The notes below the pieces were generated by a model. That model ran no database searches and was not told where the DNA came from. It was given only the letters and a program-made list of their open reading frames with translations. The translations under genes and the position numbers were made by a program. Shown here in pieces: positions 8,522 through 15,846 of a stretch of 64,000 nt of DNA (positions are counted from its first letter, which is position 1; each line of letters starts with the position of its first letter). The stretch is from a virus. The stretch spans positions 7,149-71,148 of the IMG/VR virus record IMGVR_UViG_3300002483_000009, one strand, 5' to 3'.

Positions 8522-9243
8522 AAATAAAAGAATTTGTAATAATGCCACACACGGCAGACACAATGGGTCTCATACACAAACCCGGAACAGGCCCAAACAA
8601 CAGATTTGGTTTCAAGAATGTAGGCAACAATAGAGCGAACGAAGGCGCAATAAATTGGAATGCTCTGAGACAGGCAGACGCAGTGATGCCTTATCTCTAT
8701 AACAGTCCAGAAGCCAGGAAGGCAGGATTAAAACCCAATCCTAGAGAACCAAACATCATAACATCGATAAATTTAAAAGAGCCACGTAGACCTGGAGAAA
8801 CATTTACACCGTTGTACACAATGGGTAAAGCGGCATGGCAAAAATACATGGACAGTTGGTGGGCACAAAACAAAAATGATCCAAGGGCCAAAGAAAAAGT
8901 AGATCAAATTAAACAAGCGGCCGCAGATGCCAAGATGCCTATTAGTGAAGAGGCCGCAGGGGTTGGCATAGTAACTAAACAGAACGCCACAAAAGATGTA
9001 CCAGTTGGTGGCCAGTACATGAACGTCAAGAAATTGAAGTTAGACTGGAAGGAATTCAACGAGAACTTCGCAGATGGCAAAAAGAAGGGCAAGAGCAGAC
9101 CAGGACGTGTGAAACGTGCAGGTGCCAGTTGCAAGGGATCAGTAACATCATTAAGAAGCAAGGCGAAAAAGGCATCAGGAGAACGTGCAAAGATGTACCA
9201 CTGGTGTGCCAACATGAAGTCAGGGCGTAAAAAATCAAAATAA
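8518..9243 (+). CDS. Modular putative head-internal protein with a basic C-terminal module
   Basis: MKIKEF start; modules separated by xNE/ISE junctions. Confidence 0.7.
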   Translation: MKIKEFVIMPHTADTMGLIHKPGTGPNNRFGFKNVGNNRANEGAINWNALRQADAVMPYLYNSPEARKAGLKPNPREPNIITSINLKEPRRPGETFTPLYTMGKAAWQKYMDSWWAQNKNDPRAKEKVDQIKQAAADAKMPISEEAAGVGIVTKQNATKDVPVGGQYMNVKKLKLDWKEFNENFADGKKKGKSRPGRVKRAGASCKGSVTSLRSKAKKASGERAKMYHWCANMKSGRKKSK

Positions 9244-9253
9244 TTACTTCTAT

Positions 9254-10036
9254 ATGAAGTACATTCTCGGACTAGCACTAGAATACAAACACTACAAGAA
9301 ACCTCTTAAAATCAGAACATATGCAGATGACCATCTCATAGACGAGCTCGATCTGACCGAAGACATTGGACGCAAAGGAAGTTTAGGAACTGGTAGTCAC
9401 CTCGAATGGGAGCAAGGGTGGGGGAGAAATATATGGGGCAAAACTCCATGGTACGAAGGGGACGTAAACAAATACGGAAAATGGTACTTCAATCGCAAGA
9501 AACTTTCCATGTGTGAAAAAGTTTTTACCTACGAAATAGATGATAGTAATCTAAACAAACATCTTTCAATAGAGGTTCTGAATGATGACAACAACTACAC
9601 AAATGGTTTTATGTCAAAATTTTCTTGGGTAATATTTGATATGATTTTCCTTATGCCAAAAAAATATTTTGAGAATATTGATCTAGTTGCCACAGAAAAG
9701 CCAGACGTACTTGGCAGAAGGCACAGGCGGTCAGGAATATACGACAGATGCAAAGTGCAAGATTGGAAATGGCCTTACACTGAGGACTTGGTATATGATC
9801 CAGAAACTGAACTATATGACAATAGATTAGAAAAAAATTTCCTATCTAGAGGAATACGTTTTGGCACCAGTTTTAGGTACGATTTTGATCTTGAAGAATG
9901 GGAAGGAATGAAAGTAATAAAACCAAAAAATGTAAGCCGTAAGTTCCTTAACGAACTGTACTGTTATATGAACGAAACATTTCTTACGTATTACGTAGAT
10001 GGAAAACTAATAAATAGAAGTAATGAAAATCAATGA
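9254..10036 (+). CDS. Hypothetical protein
   Basis: 260 aa; variant box TAATTA 7 nt upstream. Confidence 0.7.
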   Translation: MKYILGLALEYKHYKKPLKIRTYADDHLIDELDLTEDIGRKGSLGTGSHLEWEQGWGRNIWGKTPWYEGDVNKYGKWYFNRKKLSMCEKVFTYEIDDSNLNKHLSIEVLNDDNNYTNGFMSKFSWVIFDMIFLMPKKYFENIDLVATEKPDVLGRRHRRSGIYDRCKVQDWKWPYTEDLVYDPETELYDNRLEKNFLSRGIRFGTSFRYDFDLEEWEGMKVIKPKNVSRKFLNELYCYMNETFLTYYVDGKLINRSNENQ

Positions 10037-10286
10037 GGTTATAATGCGTGAACAGGCCACTGCAGGTGCTACAAGCGCCGGCAACATAGCCACTGTGACA
10101 TCACCTCACATTGCCATAGGTAAGGACCGAGGCAACAAGGCATACACAGGATCACCAGGAAGATCAGGTACAAGGGCACCTAGATTACCAAAAATTATTC
10201 AACCAAAAAATCCAGATGGCACTGCCAAAGGTGCACACAATTTGCCTGGCGTAAATTTAATGGGTGGACCACTGGTCAAAAGATAA
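10023..10286 (+). CDS. Putative head-internal protein (MKINEVIMRE-ATAGATSAG)
   Basis: TAAATA at 10011-10016; targeting-like N-terminus. Confidence 0.7.
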   Translation: MKINEVIMREQATAGATSAGNIATVTSPHIAIGKDRGNKAYTGSPGRSGTRAPRLPKIIQPKNPDGTAKGAHNLPGVNLMGGPLVKR

Positions 10287-10456
10287 TGAAACCACTTGAA
10301 TTATTAAAGGAATGGATTGTAAAGTGCTTAAATTGTGGTTGCGACAGCCATTGCGGAGATATTTGTAAACGCAAACAAAATGAATACCCTGTAGACGGTG
10401 GTGCAGAGTATGAAATAGAGGTATGTAAGCACTGTCGCTGTGAAGCCTGTGCTTAA
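10286..10456 (+). CDS. 56 aa Cys-rich (9 Cys) metal-binding protein (not in the ORF track)
   Basis: Translated by hand: MKPLELLKEWIVKCLNCGCDSHCGDIC...VCKHCRCEACA; TAATG coupling. Confidence 0.65.
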   Translation: MKPLELLKEWIVKCLNCGCDSHCGDICKRKQNEYPVDGGAEYEIEVCKHCRCEACA

Positions 10457-10470
10457 TAAATACGGATACT

Positions 10471-11262
10471 ATGAGATTCCACGAATTTGAAAAAGCAGAA
10501 GGATCCACACTTGCAGTGAGGCAAATCAACAGATATGCTGACGAGTTAGGCAAACAATCAATGGATTATGAAGTGATGAAGGATGCCGCTGAAATGCTAG
10601 ACAAACAGATGCTGAAATCGTTAGCACAACTTCTCGATGATTCAGACACTGCTCCGAGAGAGTGGATAATGAAAACAATAGCAGATCACGATCCAGAAAC
10701 TTTCAAAAAAATGTATGGTGACCAAGAAGGCTATCTGTCAGTAATGAAGCCAATGAAAAACTTAACAGATGCTGAGGACAACACAGCCAGAAGCATGAAC
10801 AAGTACGGACTGGCCGCAAGGAACAAGGACGGCAAGTTCTACTCTTACAGACACGGCAAACTGACAGGCACATTTGACAACATGGCCGATCTACAGAAAC
10901 ACCAACATGATTTGATCAAGGACGAGTCAATGGAAGAGGGTGCAGACTTCTATGGCTACTACAAGGATCCAAAAGATCCTGAAGGTAAGACAATGACATA
11001 TCCAGATGACATGGAGTTCAAAACACCACACAGATCAAACGCAAACGCAAGGATGTTGTTGTCAAGGATAGGATTGGACCCAGACTTCGAGAACACAGGT
11101 TCAACTCCGATTGAAAAATTTTTAGCCGCAACAGACAAATACCTCAGAATGAATGTCAGTGACAAAGATAATCCATACTACGATGAAGTAGAAATGTACG
11201 ACATGGAAGCAAAAAGAATTAAGAAACAACACCCAGAAGTAACACACGTAGGATTTAATTAA
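10471..11262 (+). CDS. Modular putative head-internal protein
   Basis: TAAATA at 10457-10462; MRFHEFEKAE start. Confidence 0.7.
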   Translation: MRFHEFEKAEGSTLAVRQINRYADELGKQSMDYEVMKDAAEMLDKQMLKSLAQLLDDSDTAPREWIMKTIADHDPETFKKMYGDQEGYLSVMKPMKNLTDAEDNTARSMNKYGLAARNKDGKFYSYRHGKLTGTFDNMADLQKHQHDLIKDESMEEGADFYGYYKDPKDPEGKTMTYPDDMEFKTPHRSNANARMLLSRIGLDPDFENTGSTPIEKFLAATDKYLRMNVSDKDNPYYDEVEMYDMEAKRIKKQHPEVTHVGFN

Positions 11263-11263
11263 G

Positions 11264-12349
11264 ATGAAAATTAATGAACTACACAACCAGCCAGTCGAAG
11301 CAGACACATATGAGGCTTCGATGGCTCTTAACCAATTGTTAAAGATTGGCAAACACGCAATAAAAATACACAACATGATCGATGACTCCGCGGAGATGGA
11401 GGCATGGGTGGCAAAGAAAATTGACCTTGCGGGTGACTATGTAAAAAAAGTGCATGGCTATATGCAGGGCGAGAAGGCCGGCCTATACGATGATGGTGGC
11501 ATGACGGAAGACGCAGGCGAAGGACACATGAGTAAAAGCACATTGTATCACACTGCCAAGTATGCGATAGAGTTGATGGACATGATCGACAAGGGTGATG
11601 ACCTTGAGGGTTGGGTGCAGAGCAAATTGAACAAGGCGGCAGATTACCTACAGGGTGTACACAACTACGAAGAATATCAGAAACTTAATCCATACAGGGA
11701 AGAATTAGACTCAAACATATTACAAAGACATGCTGGTATAGTGCAGAAACACATTGATGAGATTCTAGCAAGGGAAACTTCGTTAGATGATGTGGACACA
11801 AAGCCAGGCATGATGAATATACTTGCCAAGAGGGTAAACGAAGTTGAAAAAGAGATAGCAAAAGAACAAAGAAAAAATAATGAGGAAGCACCTCCAGGCA
11901 GAGAGAAACAGGTTAAAGCACTTAAGAAAAAATTCAAAGACAAGGGAGCACCTTACGCCATAGCATGGGCACAGCATAACAAACACGGCAAGCCTAAAAA
12001 AGAAGCAGTGTTAGATGAAGGTATCAAAGACTGGGCACGTAACCTAGCAATGGCCGGTGTTGTGGTGGCAGGATTGGCAGGTGTTGGTTCGATACAGGAC
12101 GCAATAGACAGAAGTATACCGGCTGTGCAGGCAATGGAGACAGCACTTGAATTAGCACAGGATCAAGGCAAAACAGAACTTGCTGATATGATTAAAAAAG
12201 ACTTGTCAGCAGTCAAAGTAAGACTAGAATCTGGAAGAGACCTCAGTTTCGTAAAAGGTATGCAGGAAAAATATAGCAAATTTGTAAAAACCGAAGCATT
12301 GGCATACGAGTCAAAACTTGCTATACTGCTTGATCAACGCATTAAATAA
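11264..12349 (+). CDS. Modular putative head-internal protein with two ~55 aa internal repeats
   Basis: MKINEL start; repeats EAWVAKKIDLAGDY and EGWVQSKLNKAADY. Confidence 0.75.
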   Translation: MKINELHNQPVEADTYEASMALNQLLKIGKHAIKIHNMIDDSAEMEAWVAKKIDLAGDYVKKVHGYMQGEKAGLYDDGGMTEDAGEGHMSKSTLYHTAKYAIELMDMIDKGDDLEGWVQSKLNKAADYLQGVHNYEEYQKLNPYREELDSNILQRHAGIVQKHIDEILARETSLDDVDTKPGMMNILAKRVNEVEKEIAKEQRKNNEEAPPGREKQVKALKKKFKDKGAPYAIAWAQHNKHGKPKKEAVLDEGIKDWARNLAMAGVVVAGLAGVGSIQDAIDRSIPAVQAMETALELAQDQGKTELADMIKKDLSAVKVRLESGRDLSFVKGMQEKYSKFVKTEALAYESKLAILLDQRIK

Positions 12350-12361
12350 AAGTACAACAAA

Positions 12362-12369
12362 TATAAATA
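12362..12369 (+). promoter_or_regulatory. T4 late promoter consensus TATAAATA
   Basis: Exact T4 gp55-type consensus 6 nt before ATG 12376. Confidence 0.7.
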
Positions 12370-12375
12370 CTTCAT

Positions 12376-13224
12376 ATGGCACGTAATAAATCAACAGAAA
12401 ATAGTTTTGCAGACTTGGTTGCTCGTTTGAAGGAAATGAGCAATAGTTCACCAGAACAAGAGCGAGCAGAATTGATGGAAGCCGCGAGATCAGAGCCTAA
12501 AGTTTTAGATGATAAAGATATTTCATTGGCAGATATAGCCAAACTAGCAGGAATCAAAGAATACACAGAAGAACCAAAAGTATCGGCAAAAGCAGAGAAA
12601 TTAGTTGAGTCAATAACAGAAGAACCAAAAACAGAATCAGTCATAACAAAAGCCATCAAAGAATCAGATGCAGATGACTCACTAGCAACAAGCATTAAAA
12701 AAGCAGTGACTGAAGAAAGCAAAAGACTAGATAAAATTGCTGAATTAGAATCACAACTTGCTGAATTGAAAGCAGAACAAAAAGAAGAACAAACTTATGA
12801 CGCAAAATCATTTAGAGAAGTTATGCAAAAAGATATCGCAGAATATATCAAAAACGCAGAAGAATCTCAACTTGTTGAACTATACAACACTTTCTCAGAC
12901 AATGAAGCAGTTTACAACGAAGAACAAAAAAGCATTCTTGTCAAAACTCCAGAAACTACAGAAATAATAGCAGACGCGGAAAAGGCAGAGGCACCTGAGG
13001 AAGAAGTGATAGCAGATGACTCTCAAGACAAAAGAAATTTATCTGAGCCTCACAGGGGAGAAGAAAAAGCAGACGACAAAGAAGAAGAAAAAGAAGAAGA
13101 AGACGAAGACGAAAAAGCAGGCGAAGTGCCAATGCTAGATCCTGAGTTTGACGAAGGCGAGGACGTTGAATTGCCTGCAGAAGATAAGTTTACAAACGAT
13201 CTAGACCCCGCAGAAAAAAAATAA
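12376..13224 (+). CDS. Acidic coiled-coil protein, possible prohead core/scaffold
   Basis: Very Glu-rich; DIAKLAGI motif; many L/I-X-E sites; late promoter. Confidence 0.6.
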   Translation: MARNKSTENSFADLVARLKEMSNSSPEQERAELMEAARSEPKVLDDKDISLADIAKLAGIKEYTEEPKVSAKAEKLVESITEEPKTESVITKAIKESDADDSLATSIKKAVTEESKRLDKIAELESQLAELKAEQKEEQTYDAKSFREVMQKDIAEYIKNAEESQLVELYNTFSDNEAVYNEEQKSILVKTPETTEIIADAEKAEAPEEEVIADDSQDKRNLSEPHRGEEKADDKEEEKEEEDEDEKAGEVPMLDPEFDEGEDVELPAEDKFTNDLDPAEKK

Positions 13225-13245
13225 TCTAAAAAATTAAATAAGTGT

Positions 13246-13887
13246 ATGCAATTACACTTGACCGACAACAAGTTCAATTCGAACCCTTATTGGAGTGAAC
13301 GTATTAGCAGTGTATTCGCCTGTCCACCTAAAGACACCGTTGCACTGTTTGACCAGAATGGTTATGACCTTACCAAACTAGAGCAACTATATGCTGTGGC
13401 CAATGGTGAAAATACCACAAAACACAGGGACGGTGAACACATAACTTTGCGTAAGACCTGGTTCACAGACGATTCACCGGAATCTGGACCACATGTAAAT
13501 CATGCCGTGATGTTTGAGAGAAAGGGATACTCAGGTGATGCCCTGCAACAACTTAAATCTTGGGCAGACTATCGACCACACTTCCACAAACTGGTTGCAA
13601 TGAAACCAAAATGGGGACTGGATTTCAGCATAGACTACTGTGATCGTGAAGGCAATGTTTTTGAATTACTGCATTGGGAGTATGATGGTTTTGAGTACAA
13701 CGAGATTGCAGACAAGAAAGCATCAATGGAAGAATTTTTACTCAATCAGGATTGGGATGAAAGGGCAAAAGCAATGCTAGAACGCAAGGATGAGTGGCAT
13801 TCGTTAGGATTTTTTGAGCAAAGTGCATGGAAAACAAAGTTTTTTGGCATAGACAAAGAACGTTTCAAGATGGTGCTGTGGAAATAA
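13246..13887 (+). CDS. Hypothetical protein
   Basis: 213 aa globular; TAAATA at 13235-13240. Confidence 0.75.
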   Translation: MQLHLTDNKFNSNPYWSERISSVFACPPKDTVALFDQNGYDLTKLEQLYAVANGENTTKHRDGEHITLRKTWFTDDSPESGPHVNHAVMFERKGYSGDALQQLKSWADYRPHFHKLVAMKPKWGLDFSIDYCDREGNVFELLHWEYDGFEYNEIADKKASMEEFLLNQDWDERAKAMLERKDEWHSLGFFEQSAWKTKFFGIDKERFKMVLWK

Positions 13888-13896
13888 ATACATCAT

Positions 13897-14664
13897 ATGA
13901 CGGGTATACCTTACAACTACGGCAAATACATAGACGACACTGTGAAACTACGAGACCAAGGTGTTGTTGATGCTAAGAAACAGGTGCAGTCACCTGCAAG
14001 TGCTGGTAGCAGAGGCTTGACTAAGACCACACAATTCACAAAAGACAAAACACAAATGCAGATGGGAGAATCGATTACAATGGAAGACATGAAATCTTTA
14101 ATAAGCAGGATTGACGGTGTGAACGCAACAACTAACGAAGCACCGAAAGACAGCGACATAGATTACACAAAACTGATGTTAGACATTTCCGCTATGAAAG
14201 ACAGGATAGCAGAATTGCCAATAGACGACGACAGGAAGACATCGGCTCTTACAGCACTTGGACAGGTTGAAGATGATTTATCAACAGACGAATCTTACGA
14301 GCCATTCCCAGAAGGTGATGAATTCAACATAGAAGAGGACGAGGATTTCGAAGAAGTGCTTGGTCCATTAGGTTTCCCAGAAGACGAGACAGAATTGTTT
14401 GACGCAGAATACAGAGGCAGAAAAGTGCCACTTAATAAACCAATGAGAGGTGATGTTAAGAAATTTAAAGTGTACGTGAAGGATCCAAAATCCGGAAACG
14501 TGAAGAAAGTAAACTTTGGACACGGCGGTACTAGTGCAAAAAGAAAAACTATGAGAATTAGAAAAAGCAATCCAAAAGCAAGAAAAAGTTTTAGAGCACG
14601 TCACAACTGTGCTAACCCAGGACCAAAGACCAAAGCGAGATATTGGTCTTGTAGAAAGTGGTAA
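13897..14664 (+). CDS. Modular protein with an acidic N-part and a basic C-terminal module (AEYRGRKV...RYWSCRKW)
   Basis: TAAATA at 13885-13890; sharp acidic-to-basic switch. Confidence 0.75.
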   Translation: MTGIPYNYGKYIDDTVKLRDQGVVDAKKQVQSPASAGSRGLTKTTQFTKDKTQMQMGESITMEDMKSLISRIDGVNATTNEAPKDSDIDYTKLMLDISAMKDRIAELPIDDDRKTSALTALGQVEDDLSTDESYEPFPEGDEFNIEEDEDFEEVLGPLGFPEDETELFDAEYRGRKVPLNKPMRGDVKKFKVYVKDPKSGNVKKVNFGHGGTSAKRKTMRIRKSNPKARKSFRARHNCANPGPKTKARYWSCRKW

Positions 14665-14665
14665 C

Positions 14666-14851
14666 ATGAAAGTTAACGAAGTCACAGGAATCACATTAGA
14701 AGAGTTTGAAAAACTAGCAGAGAAGAAAGACGCCTGCTATCACAAAGTCAGATCAAGATACAAAGTTTGGCCTTCGGCTTACGCCTCTGGTGCTCTAGTT
14801 CAGTGTCGTAAAAAAGGCGCGGCCAATTGGGGCAACAAGAGTAAGAAGTAA
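14666..14851 (+). CDS. Small basic protein (MKVNEV...KKDACYHKV...PSAYASG)
   Basis: Start reassigned to ATG 14666. Confidence 0.7.
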   Translation: MKVNEVTGITLEEFEKLAEKKDACYHKVRSRYKVWPSAYASGALVQCRKKGAANWGNKSKK

Positions 14852-15252
14852 TGAAGATAAACGAAATTCTAGAAGGAACACGTTGTTGGAAAGGCTACGA
14901 GAAGAAGGGCATGAAGACCATGTTCGGCAAACGTGTGCCCAACTGCGTTAAGAGAGAACACGTAGACTTCTGTGTGAACTGCCATGGACTCGTGCTACAC
15001 GAATCATTAGATGAAAATCTTAAGAAGTGGTTCAAGGACAAATGGGTACGAATGGGTCCAGGTGGAAAAATCCGAGGATCATGCGGTGGCAAAAGCAAGG
15101 GTGAAGGCAAGCCTAAATGTTTACCGAGGTCTAAAGCATACGCACTAGGTAAAAAAGGCAGGGCAAGTGCGGCACGTAGAAAAAGAAGAAAAGATCCAAA
15201 TCCAAATAGGCGTGGTAAAGCAATAAACGTCGCTACCAAAAAGAAAAAATAA
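14851..15252 (+). CDS. Basic two-module protein (MKINEILE-CWKGY...; LKKWFKDKW...)
   Basis: TAATG coupling; Lys/Arg-rich. Confidence 0.75.
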   Translation: MKINEILEGTRCWKGYEKKGMKTMFGKRVPNCVKREHVDFCVNCHGLVLHESLDENLKKWFKDKWVRMGPGGKIRGSCGGKSKGEGKPKCLPRSKAYALGKKGRASAARRKRRKDPNPNRRGKAINVATKKKK

Positions 15253-15253
15253 T

Positions 15254-15282
15254 TTGCATTCATACAAAATTTGTTATATACT
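15254..15282 (+). promoter_or_regulatory. Sigma70-type promoter
   Basis: TTGCAT-17nt-TATACT; AGGAG SD before ATG 15308. Confidence 0.65.
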
Positions 15283-15307
15283 TGTTGAATAACAACAGGA
15301 GAAACAA

Positions 15308-15565
15308 ATGGCAGTAAGAAACTTTAATGACGCTGAAAAACAAAAATTAATCCAAATCATTTCACAGGGCTCACAGGTACTAGGTGAGGTAGAAGATCTT
15401 AGATCGGGATTGAAAGACACAGTTAAAGCAATAGCAGAAGAACTAGAATTGAAACCAGCACTTATCAACAAGGCGATATCTGTTGCACACAGAGGCAACT
15501 ATCAAAACATCGCTGACGAGATGGACACGCTGGAAAGCATACTAAACACAGCCGGCAAACTTTAG
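15308..15565 (+). CDS. Small helical dsDNA-binding protein (T4 DsbA / GapR-like)
   Basis: 85 aa; pattern LKDTVKAIAEELELKPALINKAI; upstream of the polymerase. Confidence 0.55.
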   Translation: MAVRNFNDAEKQKLIQIISQGSQVLGEVEDLRSGLKDTVKAIAEELELKPALINKAISVAHRGNYQNIADEMDTLESILNTAGKL

Positions 15566-15846
15566 TGATAAAATTACTCAAAGAATTTTGGGTAAACAGT
15601 TATAAGACAGATAATTTTGCGTTCTATCTAGAACTGTTTTCCGTAATAGTCACAGTAATGGGTTCTGCAGTCTTGACTTTTACATCACCTCATCCTATAA
15701 TGAGTATAGTGTTTCCTTTGTACTGGCTAGGGTCTAGCACCATGTGTTGGGCAGGATACAGACGAAGACTTGTTTGGATCGCTTGCCTTACAGGGTGGTT
15801 TACAATTATGAACACAATAGGATTATACAAGGTATTCATACAATGA
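15565..15846 (+). CDS. Small membrane protein (3 TM)
   Basis: Three hydrophobic segments. Confidence 0.65.
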   Translation: MIKLLKEFWVNSYKTDNFAFYLELFSVIVTVMGSAVLTFTSPHPIMSIVFPLYWLGSSTMCWAGYRRRLVWIACLTGWFTIMNTIGLYKVFIQ

